A stretch of DNA of 64,000 nt, from sequence record MZ444140.1. One strand, written 5' to 3'. Shown piece by piece: positions 50,579-60,700 of the stretch (position 1 is the first letter of the stretch; each line of letters begins with the position of its first letter). Below the pieces are notes generated by a model. That model was not told the DNA's origin, made no database searches, and was given only the letters and a program-made list of their open reading frames with translations. The position numbers were made by a program, and so were the translations under genes.

Positions 50579-52027
50579 ATGTCAGACGGTATGGTTTTAT
50601 ACACTGACGGATCATTCCGACAGGGTAAAGCTGGTTGGGGTATTCATGGTTATACCTATGAAAATGTTGCAATGAAATCTAAAGCAGCCACCAAACAGCA
50701 ACCAACAGCTAAGGGATACTTAGATGTAGGTGCAGATGAGACATGCACTGTTTTAAATTATATTGATGCATTTGGTAGTGTAACTAATAACCCTACTAAT
50801 AATACAGGTGAGCTAACCGCTGCAATTGAGGCTTTCAAAATAGCTCATGAAGCAGATGCTCCTAGACTAACGATGCTCATGGATAGTGAATACGTTAGAA
50901 AAGGTATGACCGCATATTTACCCAAATGGATTAAGTCTAATTGGATTAAATCAGACGGCACGCCGGTAGCAAACCAGGACCTATGGAAACAGATGGTCGA
51001 ACTAAAAGCTAAATGGGAAGAAACTAATAAACCATTAAGCATCCAATGGGTCCGTGGACATAACGGAGACATTGGTAATGAAAAAGCTGATGCTAACGCT
51101 AAGCTTGGTTCGGGACAGAATAATGATAAGCCAGTGATGGTTTCGGTTAAAGGCGAGGAAATTAACAAACTTAAAAAACAAGTTGTTAATCCACTTATCC
51201 TCGAAAGTAGGTTACTCTTCGCCATTAACTCTGGAGAAGAACCAGATGGGTTCTATTACACCTATAACTTAGGTCGTATGCATAACTATGGTCATAAACC
51301 AAAAGACACTGCTAAAGATAAATTAGCTAAAGCTGATTTAATTTTAGGGCGTCGTATCTCTGAAGCAACCTTCAGTGTATATAAGGCAAATGAACCAGAT
51401 GAGTATCTCCAGTTACTAATTAATATGCATACAGAAGCACTGGGTACTGAAAATCCAGAACTGGGTATCATCAATTTGGCAAACGCATATCGTGCAACCA
51501 TTCGACAGAAAATTGAATCCATGGGGCTACCTGCTCTAGTCGTATGGAAAGATATCAATGTTTTGTCGACGCCAACAGATGAACTCATTAGTCGGACTCT
51601 TAATCCACCACGTATGGCAAATGATGCTGTAGCTACATTTAATGTTATGCGCAGTCGTCTTGAAGATTACTTGGCTGGTAAACTTGGAGAGTCGGTTGGT
51701 ATTATTGATATTACCGAGCACTTCTTCGAGGAAGTCGCAAAGGGTAAGAAAGTTGGCTATCAACTACTTAAGACGATTACATCTAATACAGGCTTTGTAG
51801 AAGTTCCGATCACATTTAAAGATCGTAAGATAAAATTAAAGCTTGTATTAAATATCGATATTCCAAGTAGAAACCAATTAGCTCGTATTGGAGCTAATAA
51901 AGTTAAAATGGAAATTCTTGTAGTAGCTGAAGGCCCATATTCTTATTCATATTCAATTGTGTTCGTGACGGATGATGGTTCAGCTATCTATCAATCACCC
52001 TATACACAATTTATTCTCCCAAAATAG
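50579..52027 (+). CDS. rnhA: Ribonuclease HI with C-terminal extension (gp155-like)
   Basis: YTDGS, NNTGEL, MDSEYV, N.DLW and WVRGH.G..GNEKAD motifs. Confidence 0.93.
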   Translation: MSDGMVLYTDGSFRQGKAGWGIHGYTYENVAMKSKAATKQQPTAKGYLDVGADETCTVLNYIDAFGSVTNNPTNNTGELTAAIEAFKIAHEADAPRLTMLMDSEYVRKGMTAYLPKWIKSNWIKSDGTPVANQDLWKQMVELKAKWEETNKPLSIQWVRGHNGDIGNEKADANAKLGSGQNNDKPVMVSVKGEEINKLKKQVVNPLILESRLLFAINSGEEPDGFYYTYNLGRMHNYGHKPKDTAKDKLAKADLILGRRISEATFSVYKANEPDEYLQLLINMHTEALGTENPELGIINLANAYRATIRQKIESMGLPALVVWKDINVLSTPTDELISRTLNPPRMANDAVATFNVMRSRLEDYLAGKLGESVGIIDITEHFFEEVAKGKKVGYQLLKTITSNTGFVEVPITFKDRKIKLKLVLNIDIPSRNQLARIGANKVKMEILVVAEGPYSYSYSIVFVTDDGSAIYQSPYTQFILPK

Positions 52028-52037
52028 TGGGTATTCC

Positions 52038-52457
52038 ATGAACCTTATTAGCAGATTCAAAAAGTCGGTTAAGAATGGTTTCAGGGCAATTTGGATTAAG
52101 CTCTGGGACTATGCTGATCCCGAACTAAAGCGGATGTGCGTCATGGCGTCACTGTACTCCGTTATAGTACAGTGTAAGACAAATGAGTGTGAAAAGATCT
52201 CTCATTTGAATTCTAACATGAAACTAGTACGCGATGAAGCTGCCTTACGACTCCCAATTCATTATGGGCCGTACGTATGGAAAGGCGTGATAGCAATCGA
52301 TAAGATTGATAAAGCAGATCTAACCACTGATCAATTTTTCATGAGGCTTATTCGTAAGACTCCGTGTTGGATGAAATATGCTGATGATGCAACTTTTTTA
52401 AAGGATTTGAAAACCCTCTTTAAATTAAGTTTACATGAGAAGTGTATTCCAAATTGA
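52038..52457 (+). CDS. Hypothetical protein (gp154-like), ~139 aa
   Basis: Probable start MNLISRF after the RNase H stop; ends at a convergent hairpin. Confidence 0.6.
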   Translation: MNLISRFKKSVKNGFRAIWIKLWDYADPELKRMCVMASLYSVIVQCKTNECEKISHLNSNMKLVRDEAALRLPIHYGPYVWKGVIAIDKIDKADLTTDQFFMRLIRKTPCWMKYADDATFLKDLKTLFKLSLHEKCIPN

Positions 52458-52466
52458 TTGGTACGA

Positions 52467-52500
52467 CATAATGCCCTCTCCTTTTGGGAGAGGGCTTATG
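52467..52500. terminator. Bidirectional hairpin at convergent junction
   Basis: CATAAT-GCCCTCTCC-ttttg-GGAGAGGGC-TTATG. Confidence 0.85.
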
Positions 52501-52503
52501 CTG

Positions 52504-53418
52504 TTATCCAATGATTTCACGAAGAATATCTTCAGTGGCTTTCATTGTGTTCGCAGTCTCAACAATCTTAGTAAAGAGTGTTGAATAACGTTCAACATGG
52601 TCTGCTGCCCATGTAACCCCTTCAATTAATGTCTGTAACAGCTCTGGAGAGGTGTCAGAGTTACTATCCTTAACATCCTCCATAAAGCTATCAATTAATT
52701 GACTAAGCGCTTCTGAAGCACGTTTTACATCATTTGGACGAACCCGTGATAAAATGCTACGAATATCGTTCATTTTCTTTGTTGCGTCAACAAATGAATT
52801 TAATGATGGGTAAAGCTTACCAAACTCAGCTGTACTTGACCGGTTGTCACTGTCATAGAAAGAAGCATCTTTAGCAAGATCATTGATCGATGCCATTGCA
52901 AATGAATTAGCAAAGCCACGCTTATCCATTCGATCAGCACGCTGTTGTAGATAATATCCAAGTTGTGCTTTAACCGGGTCTAATACCGCTGGAATAATAG
53001 TGGCCATTTCCTTAGCTTCTGTTAATAGATAATCAACATAGTCTGGAATCTCACCATTAAAACCAACTGGTTGTGGCACGATTGTATTTGCTACTTCTAA
53101 ATAATCAATGTGTGAAACTAAATGGCGCATCTGCGCTGGATGGAACTCAGGAATAATTTGATTACTCCAGTTAGTCATCGACGTAAATGCATTACGAGCA
53201 GCGATAGCAAAATTAGCACCGCGTTTATTGATAATGTTAATAGCGTTTGTTGCGAAATTAGCTTCTTGAGAAATAGTCTCAGTAATATCTACAAGCTGTT
53301 GTTTTGGATCAACTTGTACTAAACTAATATCATCATTAACAATATTGTCAGATTCAATTAGATCCTGACAATCATTTTCTAGTGAAATACTTTTAGCGTA
53401 TTTATGGATGTTAAACAT
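52504..53418 (-). CDS. Internal head protein (gp153-like), 304 aa
   Basis: N-terminal SISLE processing motif; SD AAGGA. Confidence 0.72.
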   Translation of the reverse strand: MFNIHKYAKSISLENDCQDLIESDNIVNDDISLVQVDPKQQLVDITETISQEANFATNAINIINKRGANFAIAARNAFTSMTNWSNQIIPEFHPAQMRHLVSHIDYLEVANTIVPQPVGFNGEIPDYVDYLLTEAKEMATIIPAVLDPVKAQLGYYLQQRADRMDKRGFANSFAMASINDLAKDASFYDSDNRSSTAEFGKLYPSLNSFVDATKKMNDIRSILSRVRPNDVKRASEALSQLIDSFMEDVKDSNSDTSPELLQTLIEGVTWAADHVERYSTLFTKIVETANTMKATEDILREIIG

Positions 53419-53515
53419 GTCTTAATTTCCTTGCGCAAGGATTGTTGAATATGTAGACATAAAATTACTCTCCAAATCAATTAATTGACTGTTTAACTTA
53501 AAAAATGGAGTCAAC

Positions 53516-54955
53516 ATGTTTGGTAAACATTTCGAACGTCCAGCTTTCCGACCGGCTCTTAACATCGGATGCCTTATGGACATTTCAACTGGTAAGTATG
53601 AACAAGGTAAGCATGGTGAAATGATTCTAAATGGTGGTATGGGATCACTAACTGGTATTGCTTCACGACCTAACAATTTTAAAACTGCATTAGGTATCTA
53701 CCTCATGGCAATGATGCGCCGTGCTTTCCCCGGTGCACATGCAATGACTTACGATACAGAAGGTACATTAAACCCAGGTGCTCGATTTACATCTTTAGCA
53801 CAAGCTTATCCTGAGCTAGCTGCTATCGATTGGGAAAATGATGAGCAATACATGTTTACTGACTTATCTCGTTATACTGGGGATGAGTGGTTCAAAATCT
53901 TCCGCGATGCATTATCTGAAAAAGAAAAGGCTGAAAAAGATTATCTACGTACTACCCCATTTCTTGATGTGAATGGTAATAATAAGAAAGCACTGTACCC
54001 AACTGGCGGGTTCATTGATAGTTTCTCAAAGTTCATTGTCTCAGCTGTGTCTGAAATGTATGCTAAAAATGCTATCGGTGATTCTAAAGTAAACACTGAT
54101 GCGATGACTAATGGTAAAGCCAAGAATCAGTTATTTAACCAACTGCCGCAGATCTGTGCTAAAACCAGTACATACATGATTCTCACTGCACACGTTGGAG
54201 ATATTATTCAAATTGAGATGTACCCTACTGATAAACGTAATCTATCGCATATGAAGAAGGATACGGTTCTTAAAGGGGTATCAGGTGGTTTCTACTCTCT
54301 GCCGAATAATGTGTTTTCTATTGAATCTAATAAACCGTTAGTCAATAAAGAAAAAATGCCTTTATATCCAATTGACAATTCAACTGCTATTGAAGGCGAT
54401 ACAGATCTACGTATTCTAGAAGTTATTAACTTACGTGGTAAAGGTGGAATTACTGGTCTACCATTCCATCTCATTGTTTCACAGACTGAAGGTATTCTTC
54501 CATCACTATCGGAATTCCATTATTGCCGTGAAAATGATTGGGGGATTGGTGGTAATAACATTAACTACTTCGTTGAGCTATGTCCTGATATCAAACTAAG
54601 CCGAACCACTGTTCGTAAGAAATTGATGGATAACCCTGCTCTACAACGAGCTGTTGAAATCCAATCTGAAATGCTACAATTAATTCAATTCCAACGTTGG
54701 AATCTTGGAGATTATGTAGTAACTCCAGCTGAACTGTATGCTGATCTTAAAGTAATGGGTTATGATTGGGATATCATTCTTAATAATACTCGTGGCTATT
54801 GGATGTTCGAAGAAGACGAACAGTTTAGTGATAAAAAATTCCTATCAACGTATGACCTACTACGCATGCGTAAAAGTGAATATAAACCATACTGGATGAC
54901 TGACGAAGAAAAAGCTAAAATTGTACCTCTTGAACTAGCTAAAGCAAAAGCTTAA
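53516..54955 (+). CDS. uvsX: RecA/UvsX-like recombinase (gp152-like)
   Basis: Variant Walker A GIASRPNNFKT, YDTEGT, Walker B FIDSF, LTAH motif. Confidence 0.8.
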   Translation: MFGKHFERPAFRPALNIGCLMDISTGKYEQGKHGEMILNGGMGSLTGIASRPNNFKTALGIYLMAMMRRAFPGAHAMTYDTEGTLNPGARFTSLAQAYPELAAIDWENDEQYMFTDLSRYTGDEWFKIFRDALSEKEKAEKDYLRTTPFLDVNGNNKKALYPTGGFIDSFSKFIVSAVSEMYAKNAIGDSKVNTDAMTNGKAKNQLFNQLPQICAKTSTYMILTAHVGDIIQIEMYPTDKRNLSHMKKDTVLKGVSGGFYSLPNNVFSIESNKPLVNKEKMPLYPIDNSTAIEGDTDLRILEVINLRGKGGITGLPFHLIVSQTEGILPSLSEFHYCRENDWGIGGNNINYFVELCPDIKLSRTTVRKKLMDNPALQRAVEIQSEMLQLIQFQRWNLGDYVVTPAELYADLKVMGYDWDIILNNTRGYWMFEEDEQFSDKKFLSTYDLLRMRKSEYKPYWMTDEEKAKIVPLELAKAKA

Positions 54956-54986
54956 TGTTAGTATAGATGTTATCGCCAGTTTTAAA

Positions 54987-55017
54987 ATAACTAGGGGTCA
55001 ATAAGATCCCTAGTTAT
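54987..55017 (+). terminator. Hairpin after the RecA-like gene
   Basis: ATAACTAGGG...CCCTAGTTAT, 10-bp stem. Confidence 0.6.
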
Positions 55018-55031
55018 GTCAGGTTTGATAT

Positions 55032-55382
55032 ATGAATGTTTACACTTATCAGATAGCTAAATATAAGTTAGTTATAGAGAAAGGAATAAAACCGCTAGAC
55101 ATAACTGTTAAATCAGGTGCATATCAACTCGCGCCTACGTGGTTAATGGTTATGGGACATAAGAAAGGAATTATATCAAGTGATGAATACACTGAAGCAT
55201 ATCTCAGTATATTAGAGCAATCATTGATTGATAATCCAGAATTCTTTAAATGGTTCTTCCAATTAGAGGAAGTAGCATTAGGTTGTTATTGTCGCGCTGG
55301 TAATTTCTGTCACCGGCATTTATTAGTAGAATGGCTTGAAACAAAAACAGAGGTCATTTACTGTGGCGAGATATCAAAGTAA
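55032..55382 (+). CDS. DUF488-family protein (gp151-like)
   Basis: DIT.K, LAPT, Y...YL and VALGCYC....CHRHLL motifs. Confidence 0.7.
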   Translation: MNVYTYQIAKYKLVIEKGIKPLDITVKSGAYQLAPTWLMVMGHKKGIISSDEYTEAYLSILEQSLIDNPEFFKWFFQLEEVALGCYCRAGNFCHRHLLVEWLETKTEVIYCGEISK

Positions 55383-55405
55383 AATAAAGACCCTAAGGAA
55401 CTATA

Positions 55406-55726
55406 ATGAAAACTACAGAAGATTATCGTTTAACACTTTGTCAACGTCTACGAATGTTTGATGTTGAACTATCAGAAGATCTATTACGTCGATTACCAGT
55501 GTGTACAGACGTACCCACTTTATCAGCTTGCTTTCAGCAACTATTAGCTCAATACCCTAGTCAGACATTGACAGCTAGAACCACCATTGATGATTCAGTC
55601 ACCTTTGAAGTATGGTATGCTAATTTTCTAGCCAATATATTACCAATTCTTAAGAGGCATAGGTTACCACCATGTACTGACCAGAATTCAATACCTGTCT
55701 ATCAAGGGGTATCTCGCTCAAGCTAA
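55406..55726 (+). CDS. Hypothetical protein (gp150-like), 106 aa
   Basis: SD AAGGA; ORF track. Confidence 0.65.
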   Translation: MKTTEDYRLTLCQRLRMFDVELSEDLLRRLPVCTDVPTLSACFQQLLAQYPSQTLTARTTIDDSVTFEVWYANFLANILPILKRHRLPPCTDQNSIPVYQGVSRSS

Positions 55727-55758
55727 TGGTATGTTAAACAACCTTAGAGGAAATTACC

Positions 55759-56433
55759 ATGACTAAACGAGAATTGGTAGAAAAAGAATGCCTATGGATT
55801 ATTGACATGTTTCTACCTGGTAGTAGTAATGTTGATATCTATAAAGAAATGTTTGCACGAATGAATGATGAGGAATTTGAGGAGTGGATTAATAAGTTAG
55901 ATTCTGGTGAAGAGATGTTGGCATTATATGCTCCTAACTTATGCACTAAGCCTAAATTAACTATTAAGCAAAATTATAAAGTTGCTAAAGCGATTGGTCA
56001 TAATTTATTCCAACACATCATTTTAACTGATCCAGGTACTGGCCAGGTATATCGAACTGCTAATAAACATTTAGTTGGTTTAATACCAATTCGTCGTCAA
56101 GTACAAATGCTTGAGAAAAAGAAAAGTATTCCAGGTTCTAGTCACGTGATTGACCAGAGGTCAGGGCAGGTAACTGGTGATTCTAAAGGATCACGTATGT
56201 CTGCACCAGAGATTCAAGTTAACGCTTCAAAAGGTCTCCGTTATTCCATGATCGAATTCATGAAACTGCGTGGTGGCGACCAGAAGGCGTATAATGCAAT
56301 GAACCGCTCTATTATCGAAACTGGTAGTGCTTCTGTTGATTCCATCATGTCCACTTATGATACTACTGTGCAATCTAATAAAACATTTGCATGTTATCTA
56401 AAAGGCATGATGCTACAAAATAACTTGGTGTAA
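55759..56433 (+). CDS. rpoB: Virion RNA polymerase beta subunit, C-terminal part (gp149-like)
   Basis: GQVTGDSKGSRMSAPE...EFMKLRGGD resembles the RNAP beta C-terminal GGQRFGEME...EMLTVKSDD region. Confidence 0.8.
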   Translation: MTKRELVEKECLWIIDMFLPGSSNVDIYKEMFARMNDEEFEEWINKLDSGEEMLALYAPNLCTKPKLTIKQNYKVAKAIGHNLFQHIILTDPGTGQVYRTANKHLVGLIPIRRQVQMLEKKKSIPGSSHVIDQRSGQVTGDSKGSRMSAPEIQVNASKGLRYSMIEFMKLRGGDQKAYNAMNRSIIETGSASVDSIMSTYDTTVQSNKTFACYLKGMMLQNNLV

Positions 56434-56435
56434 TT

Positions 56436-56942
56436 ATGAATAATCGCCAGATTTATGAAGATATGTGCGAAGCTTTAATTGTATCTAATACTGAGTTAGT
56501 AAATGGATACAGTGCTGAAATCATTGCGGATATTTTGGATTTACTAAATAACTGGAGTACCAATACTCATTGGTATCACATTGCTGATAAAACAGTTATT
56601 AGGGATATCTGGAATTTATTCCGTAATAAAGGTAATCGTCTTCAACCTATCTTAAGTTTAGTTAGTCGATTTAAAATGGCTGTTAATGATTGGGATGGTG
56701 TGGTGGAATTACTAGCTAATTCTATTTATCCTTATCAATCTAATTCAACTATTGTTGACCAAGAAATGTTAGCGCGATTAATTCCACGAAAAGAATTAAC
56801 TGACATTTTATACCAAAATGATTGGTTAGTTTGGATTATTTGCCAATGTTTAAATATCCGTTATATTACTAATCTAGTTGAATCTATCCCAGTTCAAGCT
56901 AAGCCATCTAAAAAGAAGGCGGTAAATAATAATGTTTCGTAA
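56436..56942 (+). CDS. Hypothetical protein (gp148-like), 168 aa
   Basis: ORF track; operon packing. Confidence 0.65.
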   Translation: MNNRQIYEDMCEALIVSNTELVNGYSAEIIADILDLLNNWSTNTHWYHIADKTVIRDIWNLFRNKGNRLQPILSLVSRFKMAVNDWDGVVELLANSIYPYQSNSTIVDQEMLARLIPRKELTDILYQNDWLVWIICQCLNIRYITNLVESIPVQAKPSKKKAVNNNVS

Positions 56943-57648
56943 AATCTTAATTGATCTTGACTCACTATTAGATACACGATTAGGAACCATTAGGTTACTA
57001 AATAAAGATGCAGCTAATAAGCTTGTTACCAATGGTCAAATTTACTGGCATAGGGAAATGGATGATTGGACTAAACTAACAGATGGTTTAGTAACTAATG
57101 AACAATTTGTCGAAGCTTATTCTAAACGTGGTGGTGAAAATACTGCTGACACTATCAATAGTTCTATATTCACTGGTATCATTCCATTTATTATTCAATT
57201 AATAGCCCAATCAGATTTGAATAGATTAGATGGTATAGTTAATGCTAATTTTGAAACATGTCTTGAAGTCAATATCTGGCCATATGAATTGACACCAGAT
57301 GCTCAAGATGAATTACTATACTGCTTACATAAGTACATTGGTGATCATATTCAGATCACCCTGATTAATACTCCATTAACAGACCTTACTTGTTCTAGAT
57401 TAAACTCTATCTATTCAATGGCGATTATGTATAATTTTGGAGAATGGTGTAAAACCCATGTTCTTGAATTAGGACAAGTGTTGATGCCTGACTTTACTAT
57501 TATTGGTCCAAAACTATTTGAGAAAGATGTAAGTGAATTAGCTGTTGAAGATAAACAGTTTATTATCATGGATTTCCAGTTAAAGCATAAACTTAATATC
57601 GACTTTGATTTCATCGATGCTGAATACTTTTCCATGTTTAAGCCATGA
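56932..57648 (+). CDS. Hypothetical protein with HAD-like motif I (gp147-like), 238 aa
   Basis: N-terminal ILIDLDSLLDT. Confidence 0.6.
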   Translation: MFRKILIDLDSLLDTRLGTIRLLNKDAANKLVTNGQIYWHREMDDWTKLTDGLVTNEQFVEAYSKRGGENTADTINSSIFTGIIPFIIQLIAQSDLNRLDGIVNANFETCLEVNIWPYELTPDAQDELLYCLHKYIGDHIQITLINTPLTDLTCSRLNSIYSMAIMYNFGEWCKTHVLELGQVLMPDFTIIGPKLFEKDVSELAVEDKQFIIMDFQLKHKLNIDFDFIDAEYFSMFKP

Positions 57649-57654
57649 TACCCA

Positions 57655-57690
57655 ATAGAAAGCCCTATTAGGGCTTTCTATGCTTTTTTT
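57655..57690 (+). terminator. Canonical intrinsic terminator
   Basis: ATAGAAAGCCCT-att-AGGGCTTTCTAT 12-bp stem followed by GC and a long T-run. Confidence 0.85.
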
Positions 57691-57749
57691 AGATATAACT
57701 GGTACGATGGTATGGTTAATAATGAATCAATCTTAAAAGACAAAATAAA

Positions 57750-57769
57750 GCCCTCCCCGAAGGGAGGGC
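57750..57769. terminator. Hairpin at convergent junction
   Basis: GCCCTCCC-cgaa-GGGAGGGC. Confidence 0.85.
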
Positions 57770-57780
57770 AATATGTCATT

Positions 57781-60700
57781 TTAAATAACAGCACCTTTGG
57801 AAACTATCCAGTTAGTACCATCCCATAAGAGGGTGAGAACTGTTTTAGTATCACCTAGGTCATCTACTATTACTGGAGTACCATTGTTCCACTGTAGCAC
57901 TGCACTAGACAGTGTTGGCATAGCTACCTTACCAAGCAATACAAGAACAGCTGTGATCATGCGATCAACAGGTCCATTCTCTAGTGTAATGGTTTGGTTA
58001 GCAGCAGTTTGAACCCTATAGCACTGCTGGTTAGCAGGTGTTATAGTCAGAGCTGTACCAGTGAATGTACTTGATTTTAGGCTATATGCATCGAATGATT
58101 TATCTAGCTTCTTCCAAGTAATATTAGTACCAGTACGGCTACGTAGCCAATCACCATCAGCGGTTACATCATTATTCGGACCTTGGAATAGAGTCCATGA
58201 TTTAGCCGCAGCATTACGTAGGAATAGTTGTCCACTAGTAGCATCAGCTTGATCAACTATAATAGTTACAGGTGTCCATTTAGAACCACTAGCTGTTTTC
58301 TCACGTACATAGTTAGTGCCATTAGCACCTTCACTAGGTACTTCACCAATAACTGCGGCTGGTACAGCTACCCATTCACCATTTTGCATACCCATTAGAG
58401 TATCATCGGTTTGCAGAGGTGCTACATCAACCCAGTTACCAGCTACACGACCTTGAGGCTTAGTAGCTTGTGCAGTATCGCGTACTACATCTGAAGGAAT
58501 TTCTGGGAATGTAATGGTAGCCCATTCAGTTTCACCCCCTGCAATACCTTTACGAACGTATTGTGCATTAACAACTGGACTAGGTACAGCATCAATGGCA
58601 GGTGTTGGTAATTCAATAGCAGTCCATTCAACAGCCCCGTCAGCGGTTGCTTTACGGCGACCATAGAAGACACCTACTTCAGCATCTACCACCTCATCAA
58701 CAGGTAGTTCAGTCCAACCGAGTTTGTACCGAACCATTTTCTTATCGACATCTTCTGGATCGACTTCACTAACTGGAACTGACATTAATTTGTAGAATAC
58801 AACCCAGTTAGCATCTTTATACCAAACGGTACCAGTTTTGTCGATACACCAGTCACCACGATTACCATCGATAGAAGTGGGTGCAGTTTGACCTTCAGGT
58901 AGAATTACCCAAGAGGATCCACGTTCACCTTTCTGACCGGTTTTACCAGGGATACCTGGAACACCTTGTTTGCCCTCAGGACCTTCAGGACCCTGCGGAC
59001 CCATGGCTAAGACACCTAGGCTTTCCCAAGTAAATGTACCTTCAGTATCGATACTTACAAATACTTCTACTTGTCCTTCAGTATTGGTGCGAATGGCAAT
59101 ACCTTTACCTACGTTATCAGCAGATGCTACTGGTTTACCAGCATCATCACCAACATAGATAATTAATAGACCACCACCTTGTTTACCTTCAGGACCTTGT
59201 GGGCCTTCGACACCCTGGATACCCTGCTCACCATTTAGATTAATTGGGCCGATATAGCCATCAATTTCCTGACCTTGGTAAGTATAGAGCATTGTACCTT
59301 CGTTAGTTTCAACCCAGTATGAATCACCAGTTACTAAGTCAGGATCAGTGTCTTTCTTTGGTAGTTGTGAAGCATCGGTTAAAACACCTTTAATGTTTAA
59401 ACCTTCACCCGGTTTACCTTGCGGACCTGCCATAATACCAATGCTAGTCCAGCGACTACCGTCCATGTTAACAAATACTTCGCCCGTGGACTTAACAGTA
59501 TATGCTTTCCATTGGTTATCGGCAAGTGCTTCTGGTGGGGTATCTTCAGGAGTGTCAATCGCTGCGATGATCTGGATAGGTTCACCAGCGGGACCTTGTG
59601 GGCCTTCTGGTCCCTCGGGTCCTTCTGGTCCCTGATCACCGTCTTTACCAGGTGCGCCATCTTCACCTTTAGGACCTCGATGTGTACCACTATTTACCCA
59701 ATTACCATCTATCTTAACAAATAAGGTAGATGTGTCTTGTGTGAAGTACGCTGCCTGATCAGGAGCATCTGCCGGCAGGGCTGCCTCATTGGCAACAGCA
59801 CCAGTAATAACTACGTTCTTACCATGTAGACTGATTAACCATTCACCCTCAGTACCAGTGAAGCCATTGTCCAATGCTACTTGGAAAGCCGATTTACCTT
59901 GTGCCCCTGGTTCACCAGGTAGACCTTGTTCGCCATCTTCACCTTGCGGACCTTCAGGGCCCTGCGGGCCACGGAATGAACCCATGGCTGTCCATGAGAT
60001 ATCAACAGTCGGATCTTGGCCAGTCAGTACATAAACCGTATTGGTGGAACGTACTGAAACACCTTGGTATTGTTCTACACCAGTGGTGGTTAATAGATCA
60101 TCAGCAGTTTCAACTGCTTTAACTACTTCTAAGTTACGACCTTGTGGACCAGGTTCACCTTGTTTACCATCGGGACCCGGATCACCTGTATTACCTGGTT
60201 TACCTTGTGGGCCCTCAGGGCCTTGGAAAGTACCTAGGTCTGACCATGCCCCTTTTACAAAGATGAATAGATGTTCTGGTTTACCAGCTTCCATAGTAAC
60301 TAAGTATGCTTCTGATTCTTTAGCTACAGATGGATCAGGTAAATCAGCTGGTGATGGTAGTGAATCCTTAATGGTAAACGGCATTGCTGGTTCACCCTGA
60401 GGACCTTCAGGACCAATTTCACCATCTTTACCTTGCGGACCTTCAGGGCCCTCAGGTCCACGTTCACCCTGTGGTGTAACTGGGAACCAATCATAGTCAT
60501 CAATAGTTGGATTCTCTGGCGGATTATTACCTGAGATAAGCATCCACGCCCAGAGTTGATTATTCCATGAATAAGCATCTCCAGGTTTATTACTTTCAGT
60601 CTTAGGTAATTCTAAGTTATTAGGCCAACGACCACGGATAACTAGACCAGTACCATCTGGACCACGAAGTGAACCTGTTTCAACCCAACGACCTTTTACA

